A DNA stretch of 55,714 bases from Verrucomicrobiota bacterium (lineage in GTDB: Bacteria > Verrucomicrobiota > Verrucomicrobiia > Opitutales > Opitutaceae), in contig JACQWL010000350.1 of assembly GCA_016209255.1 (NCBI GenBank), forward strand, positions 1-55,714, written 5' to 3'. The notes under the pieces are model-generated. The model saw nothing but the letters and a program-made list of their open reading frames with translations. It was not told the origin of the DNA and ran no database searches. Shown piece by piece: positions 28,888-38,258 of this stretch (its first letter is position 1; each line of letters opens with the position of its first letter). A program made the position numbers and the translations under genes.

Positions 28888-29425
28888 TCACAACGCCGGC
28901 ACGAAGGCTTCGTCCACTTCGATCCGCACGGTGATCTGGCGGTTGCGGCGGTGCACGGGCGTCACCTTGTGAAGGAGCGGCTCAAAGTAGTCCTTCAGCA
29001 TCGGGGGCCGCGGGTGCCGGAGATAAAGATCCGGCTCCTCCCGCACGTCTTCCGACGCCACCACGTCGCGTTCCTCGCGCGAGGCGACGTGCTGAATGAC
29101 ACACGGCACATGGGTCACGCCCAGGTCGCGCAGCGCGTAGGCGCGGTGGCTGCCGTTGGCTAGGATGAGCCGGCCCTCGGCGAAGACAGCCATGAGGAAA
29201 TTGATGCTGAAGCCGACGGCGACGCCCACCGCGCCCACCACGCTCCCGGACGAAATGGGTGTCGCGAATTGCACCGGCTCCTGGGCCAGCGTGTTGAGCA
29301 GGCGCAGGTCGTTCGACGGCGAGACAAAGACAAACGTGTCGTGGTGTACCCGCGACCACTTCACGGGCGGGTGCGGATGGTTGAACGGCAGGCACGCACG
29401 AAAGACCTCGGCCTCGTCCGGCGCC
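28888..29425 (-). pseudogene. C-terminal half of a hypothetical protein with a ParB/Srx-like NGxHR motif (5' part deleted)
   Basis: PAPDEAEVFRACLPFNHPHPPVKW...RLILANGSHRAYALRDLGVTHVPCVI...PPMLKDYF; no plausible native start; abuts the M50 remnant. Confidence 0.6.
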
Positions 29426-30579
29426 GGATTTTCAAGCCGAGCAGGCCGACGAACAACGCGAGCGCCATGGGCTGGCTGGCGGCGACAAAATAGCCGCCGA
29501 TTTTCACCAGCGCGAACCCGAGGATGGCAAACGAGGGAACCACTGCCAGGAGGCCATACCCGAGGCAGGCGAGGCGTTCGCGCCGGGAGGCGGGCGCGGG
29601 CGGCGGCAGGGTGGCACCGAAAAGTTTTTCAAACCGCGGCCGATGGTGGCGAAGGCCCGCTTGCGCAGGTTCGGGATTTCGAGCCAGTCGCTGAGCAGGT
29701 AGTAACCATCGAGTTTGATCAGCGGCTTGAAGTTGAGCAGCGTTTTGAACCCGGAGCTGGTCATGATGGCGAACGCGACGAAATTCACCGTCGTCTCGAT
29801 GTCGGTCAGGCGCCACGCGAGTGTGGCGAGGGCCCAGAGAAAGAGTTCGAAGTAGGGGCCGGCGAATCCAACCCAGGGCCGCTTGACTTTTTCGGGAAAC
29901 AGCCACGCGTCGCTGACGTTGCCGTAGAGTGCCGGCTGGAAATAAATCAGGAGAAAGCCGAGTTCGTGCACCTCGCCGCCAAAGTGTTTGCAGGGGAGGC
30001 CGGGCGCGAACTCATGCGCGCCGATGACGAGAAAGATCACGGCCAGAATGAGCGGGAAATAGGCGGGCTGGTAGAGGCGCGAAAGCGTTTTGGTGACGTC
30101 GTCCCAGTTGGTCACAGCGACGCCAATGGCGGCGAAGATGACGGTGGCCGAAACCGCGAGAAAATATGGCGTGAAGAAAAACCGCACCAGACCGATGAGG
30201 CGGCTGAACAGCCGGTCGGGATCGAAGAACCGGACGCGCAGGGCGAGCAGATTGCCCGCGACGCGCCGCGGGCGGCGGACGGAAGCGGCGCGCCGGCTTT
30301 CGTGGCGTCGCGTTCCAGCAGGCCGGCGGTGTCGAGGTGCCGGACAAAGCCGCGCAGCGTTTCGGCCGGCAGCGGCGTGTGAAAATGCGCCTCAGTTCGC
30401 TGGCGGACGGTCTCGAGGGCGGTCTCTCCGTCGAGTTGCCCGGCAATAAAGAGGGCCTCTTCCGGGAGGCGGTAGAATTTCTCGCGGCGCGGATCTTTGA
30501 TCACAAAGACCGCGCCGTCGGTGGTCGCGTGCCGGCTGACGGTCAAATCTGTACGGAACCGTGGCAAAGCAGCGGTCAT
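29420..30579 (-). pseudogene. PqqD/RRE-like domain - M50 (site-2) metallopeptidase fusion, degenerate and truncated
   Basis: N-terminus FVIKDPRREKFYRL...LDG...FVRHLDTAGLLE; HExxH reads HEFAP; FAGPYFE; NFKPLIKLDGYY; frameshifts near 30280 and 29625; ends abruptly at LLGLKIRRR. Confidence 0.8.
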
Positions 30580-30608
30580 GCGAAACCGACGGGCGGTAAA
30601 TGAGGAGA

Positions 30609-30659
30609 GGGGAAGGGCGGCTGGAAATATTCAGGCGCGCGTACAGCCGTCCCTTCCCC
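30609..30659. other. Strong stem-loop between the small ORF and the RRE-M50 gene
   Basis: GGGGAAGGGCGGCTG ... CAGCCGTCCCTTCCCC, 15-bp stem with one bulge. Confidence 0.55.
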
Positions 30660-30754
30660 GGGACGTGAAACCCGTGGCGGGCAGGCCAGGCACGCACCTG
30701 CGGTCACCGCGGATTCCGGTCAATCTCACTTGGTGCTGAAAAAATGCCGGATTT

Positions 30755-30850
30755 TCAGAAACCGTAGCGGATGATGCGGATTTTAGTTGTCGGAGTTGAC
30801 CCCGGCGAACCGGCCGCGGGAGACGGGAGCGGAGCAGGGATGGTGTTCAT
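30755..30850 (-). CDS. Candidate 31-aa peptide ORF (possible precursor remnant)
   Basis: MNTIPAPLPSPAAGSPGSTPTTKIRIIRYGF; TATAAA about 24 nt upstream; directly upstream of the hairpin and RRE-M50 gene; no clear RBS. Confidence 0.3.
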   Translation of the reverse strand: MNTIPAPLPSPAAGSPGSTPTTKIRIIRYGF

Positions 30851-30943
30851 GGGAGATCGATTTCTAGCGGGCCTTTTATAGGCAGGTTTGGACGCACCTT
30901 TGTCGGGCTTTCGTGGCGTCGATATTATGGTATTGTGAATACG

Positions 30944-31654
30944 TTAGCATTGGGTGGAGACCCCAAAAGGGACGGCGTTGATGCCGTGCACGTCGTCGAC
31001 GAAGCCGTCGCCGTCGTCGTCCTGAAGATTGACGCTTTTCGGCAGGCCGAATGCGTCGAGGCCGCTCTCGCCGGGATTGGTCCACATGTTGCCCGCGAGG
31101 TCTTCGTGAGTGCAGCGCACGCCCGTGTCGACCACGGCGACGATGACATTCATGGCCTCGCACTGCGTGTCCCAGGCTTGCGGCGCATGGACGTCGGCGC
31201 CGACCACGCCGCCGTAGAGGCCCGTGTTGTGCAATCCCCACAGCGAACCGTCCCAATAGCGAAAATCATTCGGCGTGAGCAAGGGGTGCACGATGTAATC
31301 GGGTTCCGCATAAGCCACGAGCCCGCTGCCCCGGTAAGACGCGAGTGCCTGCGGGACGCTTAGGAACAAGGGGAGTTGCACCACCTGCAACCCTCCGAGG
31401 CGTGGAAACGCCCGGTGCACGCGGGTGCCAAGCGCGGCATGCCGCATCGTCAACGCCGAGGACAGCGTCGTGTCCTTCGGGCGGATCAAGATCCGATCGG
31501 TGCGGTATGCGGCCGGTGCGGGGGCGGCGCGCGCAGTGGCGAGCGTGAGGATCAAGCCGAGGCATAGCAGGCCGAGCAGTCGAACCGGGCTCCCCGGTTT
31601 TCTTGCGTTCGCCCGCAGCAGGGCACGTGTCGATGATTTCCACTGGTCATTCAT
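30944..31654 (-). pseudogene. N-terminal fragment of a subtilase (S8) with signal and pro region
   Basis: YAEPDY, WGLHNTG, VAVVDTG, HEDLAGNMWTNPGE, DDDGDGFVDDVHGIN; stops before the catalytic His and Ser and runs into lower-GC sequence. Confidence 0.8.
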
Positions 31655-31897
31655 GTTTCCTTTCGTGGGATTTTTGTCGGAGGTTTCGCGGCTGGCCACC
31701 ACGGCCAGTCGTGCTCATAAACCAGGTGCCGGCGTGGCTGCAAAAGGGGTGAAGCCGGCAAAGCCGCGGTCCAAACTCCTCCGGTCGGCGCCAGCGAACA
31801 CCCCCTTTTCGACTGAGATAACGCTCACGGGACGTTGCCCTGATTGGGCGGATGCATGATGCGGACTGAACATGGTCGCTTTTGCGTCGCGGCAGGC

Positions 31898-34267
31898 TCA
31901 AGCCTCCACGGAGGCGTTCGCCGGCTGCCCGACGGTCGCCTTCCGTGCGCAGGTGCAGTTGGCGCCGGCTTTCAAGTCTTCCTCGAGCTGCTCGAGCTCG
32001 ATGGCGCGCTCTTGCTGCGCCTGCATCTTTTCCATCAGCGCCGCTTCGCTGCGTTCGACGAATTCTTCGCGAAGCCTGAGCTCCTCTCTCGCCGCCGTGA
32101 GCGAATCGGCCTGGCGCTCCAGTTCGAGTTTCAGCTTGCGCAGCGCTTCAATCTCTTCCGTCGAAAAAGTGCCGGCAGCCGCGCCGTCGCCTTGCGCCGG
32201 TTGCACCTGCAACGCCGTGAGCAATTTCTGGCGGGCCTTTAAAAGCGCCTCGGCTTCCGCGATGTCGCGGCTCTTGTCCGTCAGCTTGGTCTCGGCGGCG
32301 GCGAGCGCGAGTTCGCGTTCGTCGAGCCTGATTTCCAACAGCCGGATCACGCGTTCGAGTTCTTCGACTTCCGAGCGGCTGAGCAGGCCCACGCCGCCCC
32401 ACGGCGTGCGCGTGTGCGAGATGATGGCGCCGATGCTCCGGCGCGCCTCCGCCGACGCTTGATTGGCCTGCTGCGCGCGTTCCAGGAGCCAGGGTCGTCC
32501 GCTGCTCCCAAGTCGGGTGGGGTTCGGGCCAGTGTGGCTGCTGCCGTTTCGGGCCGGCGGCTCCGGGTGATCGTTCCCCCGGGGTTGGCTGAGCCGGATT
32601 TTCCCTTGCTCGCCCGGCGCGACGGACGCGCAGCCGATGCCCGGCGCCGGCACGGCCTGGTTGCTTGCGCCGTGGGTTTCCGGGTGCACGGACGATTCGC
32701 CCAGAAAGAGCGTATAGAAACGCGGAGCGCCGGCGGGACTTTCGTTGACAAACAGGTCGGCGAAAAATTCTTCGCCGTCGGCGTGTCGGACGGCGATCAC
32801 GTCCGGCAGACGTACCCCGCGCGATTCGTCGACGTCAGCCGACCGCGCAAGGTCTGCCAACCGCTGCGCGGTCACGGCCGGCGCGCCGAGCATCTCGCCC
32901 ACGGGACGCCCGATGGCGGTCGCGGCGGTGTGGCCGAGGATTTCCCGGGCCGCCTCGTTCCACTCGTCGATGACCCCCGCGGTACTTACGCTGATGATTG
33001 CGTCGGGCGACGCGGCGAGAAGCGCGGCGCGGCGCGCTTCGCTGTCGTGCCGCGCGCCGGCGGCGAGCGCTTGGGCACGCACATCGTGCGCCAGTTCCTC
33101 GCCCGTGATATCGTGCGCGAGCAACAGCACCGCCGGTGCGTCGCGCAAGGCGAGCCGGACGCCGGTGACGCGCACGCAAACGTTGCCGCCGTCGGCGAGG
33201 CGCAGCATCGTTTCGGTCACTGCCGTGGCGGAAGGATCTTTCTGCGCCTCGAAGTCGCGCAACCATTCGCCGAACGCCGCCCGGCTGGGTTCGCTGCCAA
33301 ATTCCGTCAGGGCGAGGCCGACGAGCGCGTCGGGCGTCGCCGCACCGACGTGCCGCTGCGCGGCGATGTTGGCCAGAACAATCCTCACCTGGCTCACGAC
33401 GAACAGCGCATCGGGGCACTGCTCAAAAAGCAGTCGGTAGGATTCCTCACGCTCGCGCAACGCCTGCTCGTTTTGTCGGTTTGCGGTCAGATCCTGTACG
33501 ATGCAGACGTAGCCATCCGCTGCTCCGGCATGCTCGCGCCGTAGCGCCAGCGCGGCCTGCACCTAGAACTGCGTGCCGTCCGGGCGCACTCGCCAGCCCT
33601 CTTCCTCGTGGCGGCCATCGGCCGCCAGGGACAAGTCCAGCCTCGGCTTGCCAATAGCCCGGTCCTCCGGCCGGTAAAGGCAGCCGAAATGGCGTCCGAC
33701 GATCTTGTCGGCGGTGAATCCGAACAGCACCGCGGCGCCCGCGTTCCACTCCGCGACGCGGCCGTCGTGACCGAGGGTGAATACCGCGCACCCTTTGAGC
33801 TCACTGAACACCACCCGGAGTTGCTCCGCATGTTCGCGGATTTTTTCCTCGGCCAGCCGGCGTTGCGTACGTTCCTCGGTCAGCCGCACGGCGTCATGCA
33901 CGACCGGCACGATGCCCGACAGGTTCGACTTCGGTATCCATGCGCGCGCGCCGCACCGCAGGGCCGTGCGCGCCTGCGCTTCATCTTGAGAGCCGGTGAC
34001 GAAAATGAACGGTACGTCGGGACAGCGCTCCTGGACCAGGTTCAGCGCCTCGAAGCCGTCGAACGACGACAGCCCGTGATCCGAGAGAATCAGGTCGGGG
34101 GTATTATGGGTAAGCTCGCGGAGAAACTCCTCCTGGGTTTCCACTCGCGTCGCGTGGAAGGCAAGGCCTCCCCGGTGCAATTCGTGATTAATCAAGACGG
34201 CGTCGTCCTCGGCATCCTCAACCATCAGGATGCGCAGACCTTTTTGCTCAGAAGACATAGAGGACAT
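31898..34267 (-). pseudogene. REC - 3x PAS - coiled-coil signalling protein interrupted by an in-frame TAG at 33563-33565
   Basis: ORFs 33563-34399 and 31898-33562 share one frame; DGTQF*VQ has TAG at the conserved PAC Trp; no kinase domain; long E/R/L-rich C-terminal coiled coil. Confidence 0.8.
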
Positions 34268-34327
34268 GATATGGGTGGTTCGCGGCCATATTAGGTGTCC
34301 GTGAAATTCCTCCGAGGGGGGTGGTAG

Positions 34328-35635
34328 CACGGCTGTCCAGTTATGAGTAGTTGATTTCCAGTTGTTTAGGAATATCCACATGGTCGTCTCTTGTATCAAG
34401 TTTCATAAGCAGTTCCGACAAGGGTATTTGCTCAAACGAGGAAGCGCTGACGATTTGCAGGATTTCATACATCGACGGCTCGAGATGTTTTTGCTGCTTG
34501 GCGATGGCGACGAGGAGGTAAGCGCACAGTGCGGTCCAAATTTAGACCCGCACGCCGTTCGGCGAATTGCTGAAAAATCCGCGCAGGCGCAGGTGCTGTT
34601 TTATCCAACGGAAGAAGAGTTCGATGGCCCAGCGGCGCCGGTATATCGGCGCGATCATCAGGGCGGCCAGGTCGAACTGGTTCGTCAGGAAGACCAGCGC
34701 TTGGCCGGTTTCCGGGTCGACATAGCTGATGCGCCGCAACAGCTCCGGGTAAGCCGCGCGGCCCTTGGCGGAGCTGAGGCGAATCGTTTGATCGCAACGC
34801 AAGCCCACGGTTTTGTCCACCGGCCGCGATTCGACGACGTAATAGCGAATGCCCGCTTTGAGCCGTGTGACGAAGAAGGCATCTGCCACGTGCAAGCGAT
34901 ACAGGCGCTGGAAGTCCAGGTAGCCACGATCGATGGCATAGTAACATCCGGGATATACAGGAATCTCGTCGAGCGAGGCGACCTCGTGCCGATTCCCCTC
35001 GTGGAGACTGGCGAAAACCGGCAGATCGTTCCGCACATCCAGCAGCACGTTGAGCTTCACCGACGCCTGCGCCTTTTGCCAGCGCGCCCATGGAAACAAC
35101 GCCAGGCTCAGTTCGATGACCGTCGCGTCCAACGCGAACAGGTCCGCCTCCAGCCCGCGTTCGGGTGGCGTCTCCCCATACAGCCGCTGCGCCCGTCGCA
35201 TCAATACGCCAGCGATCTCTGCGAAGACGCGCCAGTCGCGATGCTCGTTGGCATAGGCGAGGTTCGTCCGCGTAGCACGCCCTCGGATACCCATGCGATA
35301 AGCCATCACACGACGCCCGAGCAGACAGGCCTCGATGCTCCGCAGACTCTCGCGATACGTCAGTTGCGCGAACACCATCGCGACAAAGTGATCGTAGGCA
35401 CTGAGCGCGCGCGAAGCCCGTGGCATCGGATAAAGCGCGGCGGCGCGCGCCAGCTCTGTGGCGTCCAAACCCGCCAACACTTGGGAGAAAACCGTCGGAC
35501 CCAGATTCATTTCTGGCCAGCAACGGCCGAAAACCCGTTTTTCCAAGCCAGATCGAAGACAAGTTTACGGCGACGTTATCCATCCTACTGGTGGAGGTTA
35601 CGAAATTTCAGAAAGCCCTTAGCTGGACAGCCGTG
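34328..35635 (-). mobile_element. IS4-family insertion sequence (1308 bp)
   Basis: Terminal IRs CACGGCTGTCCAGTTATGAG and CACGGCTGTCCAGCTAAGGG (13 bp perfect) flank a DDE transposase; no target duplication visible. Confidence 0.9.
34341..35510 (-). pseudogene. IS4-family transposase (DUF4372 + DDE_Tnp_1) with premature TAA at 34542-34544
   Basis: MVFAQLTYRESLRSIE, ALDATVI, IDRGYLD, YRRRWAIELFFRWIKQHL; reading continues V*IWTALCAYLL...EINYS to TAA 34341. Confidence 0.9.
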
Positions 35636-35832
35636 CGCTGACCCGAATGGTTTGGGAGAAAGACTGCTTCGCGCCGATGACCCCGTCTTTGCCCCGCGCT
35701 TAGAGGCCCTTTTGAGGCTGGCTCAATACGTACAGTGGGCGGGTTGCCCCAATGAAAATGGGTTGGAAACCGACTGCGCCCGTCGAGCCGGAATGGGCAT
35801 CCCTTATACCCAAGAAAAGGAGCAGCGCCGCC

Positions 35833-36231
35833 ATGAATACATCGATTACGTTTCCTCCTCCGTCACCCGTGCTGAAGCTTGCCCGCCGGCGGGCTGCGGC
35901 TCAGCCGCGCAACGACGACGTGCGGCGGCCGCCGGTCGATATAGCATCGGAAGCCAACCCCAGTGGAGGGGCCGACGCAGCGACCCTGCAAAAAGCATGG
36001 CAACATATTCACCGTTCGCGTGAATTGCTCGATGCGGAGGAAGCCAGCATGCGCGCGGAACGGGTTTTGTTGCAGGAACGCGAGACGGCGGTGAAACGCC
36101 GGGAAGACGCCATCGCCGCCCGCGAACGGCAGATGGCGGAACATGAAGCGCGCGCTGCCGAGCCGGCGCCGGAACACGCCGGCGTGATTTCCGCGGTGAG
36201 CCAGCTTTTCAGACGCGGGAAGTCGGAGTGA
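35833..36231 (+). CDS. Hypothetical coiled-coil protein
   Basis: ATG 35833 after AAGGAG; LQKAWQHIHRSRELLDAEEASMRAER...REDAIAARERQ heptad-rich segment. Confidence 0.65.
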   Translation: MNTSITFPPPSPVLKLARRRAAAQPRNDDVRRPPVDIASEANPSGGADAATLQKAWQHIHRSRELLDAEEASMRAERVLLQERETAVKRREDAIAARERQMAEHEARAAEPAPEHAGVISAVSQLFRRGKSE

Positions 36232-36489
36232 AGGCCGCCGGTGGCATTCGCCCTGCGTAACCGTAACGAATTTTTGAGCGGCAGCCGGAAAGACCGCAAC
36301 GTCTGTGCCTGCCGTGCTCGTTTCAGGCGGATGCTCTCGACCGCTTGGCAGTTCGGACCTCCCGGCATACGCCGCTGGTCGATCCACGGTACATACCGGC
36401 TGTGTTAACAGAGGACGCTCTTCGATGCGCCGGAATCGGCCGCCACCTACACCGTGACCTCCGGACCGGGCGGACCGTGGGCGAACGGG

Positions 36490-36872
36490 CGGTCATGCGG
36501 CCGGGCGAGACCGAGCGGCGGGAGGATCGCCAGGATGTCGGCCTACGCTTCGACGACGGCGATCCGGCGCAAGAGACCGGAGCAAAGCGGACACAGCAAC
36601 GGATCGGCGCCCCAATCCTGCCGGATTAAGTCGCGCCACGCAGCGCGTCGGCGCCGAACAGGCGCGGGTGCCAGAAGAGAAAATCACCGAACGTCTGGAC
36701 GGCGACGACAAGGCCCGATTGGCCGGTGGCGCAGCCGGTGCGGTCGCGGAGCCAGGCGGTGATCGCGAGGTGGGCGGCGTGGTAGAGGTCGTCGAGCAGC
36801 GCTCGGTTTCGTTGGAAGAGCTTTCGGATGAGCCGCGGCACGGTGAGAACCAAGTGCCGGTGGGGGACGGCC
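36490..36872 (-). mobile_element. IS91-like (Y2 HUH) transposase remnant with internal deletion
   Basis: VPHRHLVLTVPRLIRKLF...GLVVAVQTFGDFLFWHP joined directly to C-terminal WRDLIRQDWGADPLLCPLCSG; internal stop at 36543. Confidence 0.75.
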
Positions 36873-37574
36873 GCGTACCTTCCTCGCGGAGCTCCTCGAC
36901 GATGCGTGGCGCCCCATAGGTGCCACGGCTGGCCTCGTGGGCGGCTGCGATCTGCGCGGCGAGGGCCGCGTCCTCACGCTGGCGGGGACCCAGCCCTTGC
37001 TTTCGAACACGGTAGAATCCGCTCGGCGCTACGCCCAGCAGTTCACACAACATCCGCACCGGGTGCTCGCCCTTCATCGCTTCAACCTGGGCATACCGCT
37101 CTCGGGCGTTTCGGAGAGGATGCCCAACGATTTTTTTAGGACGATCTCCCGCTCTCGCATCCGGATCACCGCGGCGCGCAATCGAGCAATTTCCTGCTCG
37201 GCTTCCTCCAGTGTCCGCGGCGCCGGCCCCGCATCGCCGGGACGTGGGCCATACAACTTGCGCCACTCATACAACTGCCACGCTGGCAGCTCCAGCTCCT
37301 TCGCCACGGTCTTTACCGTGCGATCTCCGTGCAACGTCAATTCCACGACGTGGCGTTTATAGGTTTCATCGAACTTTCGCCGGGGCGTTGCCCCGGATCC
37401 ATTCCGGTCTGTCTGCTTCATGGATACCCTTTCGTGTGCCCAAACCGGCCAGACTCCGCGTCCTCCGCTGTTTGGTCGCTTCCTGCGGCAAGCTTTTCGG
37501 CTCCTGTCCTCGGAAACGACCAAACAGCTACCCGTCAACGCGTTTGTCTGTGTCCACTAAATCGAGGCAATCTG
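36873..37574 (-). mobile_element. Truncated IS3-family element (left end, orfA, start of orfB)
   Basis: IR-like AGATTGCCTCGATTTAGTGGACA at about 37551-37573; A7 slippery tract at 37131-37137; orfB LCELLGVAPSGFY...SRGTYGAPRI ends before the DDE domain. Confidence 0.85.
37074..37421 (-). CDS. IS3-family transposase OrfA (HTH_Tnp_1)
   Basis: RRKFDETYKRHVVEL...VAKELE...LYEWRK...EIARLR...EREIVLKKS. Confidence 0.85.
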   Translation of the reverse strand: MKQTDRNGSGATPRRKFDETYKRHVVELTLHGDRTVKTVAKELELPAWQLYEWRKLYGPRPGDAGPAPRTLEEAEQEIARLRAAVIRMREREIVLKKSLGILSETPESGMPRLKR

Positions 37575-37625
37575 CCCCTCGTCCAACCGCGAATCTATCG
37601 ACACCGTGATACTTTCTCGGACGCC

Positions 37626-37652
37626 GATTCTCTCGACGCTGTCGAGAGAATC
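37626..37652. other. Perfect 12-bp inverted repeat
   Basis: GATTCTCTCGAC-GCT-GTCGAGAGAATC. Confidence 0.5.
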
Positions 37653-38258
37653 CCCTTGTCCGCGTAAGCCAGAAAAAAATGCAGGAATCCTCTCAGTTTC
37701 GGATGCGAAAACTCGCGCCCAAAACGCCGCCCAAGGTCATCGGCAGTCCCTTGCCGCCTGGCGGATTTAGGAATGCCGTTTTTCGGCGAGCGAATGCGAC
37801 GTCGATGGTGCCGACAGGCTGCTAAATGAAAATGCCGGTGGCATTTTCGCGGATACCTCGTGCTTGTTTGTTAGCGCGCGTTGATTGGCTGGCGATCTGC
37901 TGCAAGCGCGGCATGGCCATCACCGCATCGACTGCGCGCGCGGAGGCTCGATCCGGATTCTCTCTGGCACCGCGGCCGGGCTTTGCGCCACGGAGTTTTG
38001 TTGAAGGGGTAACACCTGACCAGGCGAATGAATTGACGCGTGAGCTGGGCGGCGATGAGTTTTGCCGTCGGAATCGGACAAAGATTTCAGGCCAGGATTC
38101 TTGCTGGCGGCGGGGTCCCTTGGGGAAGGTGCAACAATCACGGTGGCGACTGCGAATCGCACCCTCAAATGCGATGGTGCGGGCAATCTCGCCGACCCCG
38201 CCACCAAGGTCAACGACCCCGGCGACATGACCGGCGTTTGCAGTCGCTCCAGTTACCC

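Noticed and set aside
30880-30970. Lower-GC patch that truncates the S8 fragment, possibly an IS end
   Set aside because: No partner IR or transposase could be identified; it may simply be promoter DNA.
33563-33565. In-frame TAG as pyrrolysine or recoded stop
   Set aside because: It sits at a conserved Trp (TGG) in a decaying region; TAG ends the 46360-46734 gene normally; no pyl genes are present in the window.
35733-35752. CAGTGGG half-site resembling the NRPS-promoter dyad
   Set aside because: The second half is out of register, and I found no -10-like hexamer at the expected spacing on the minus strand.
34362-36023. 553-aa plus-strand ORF across the IS4 element
   Set aside because: Antisense to the transposase and crosses the IS boundary.
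37660-38258. Short ORFs on both strands between IS3 and the first TBDR
   Set aside because: No motifs, RBS or consistent codon bias; treated as non-coding or an unrecognisable remnant.
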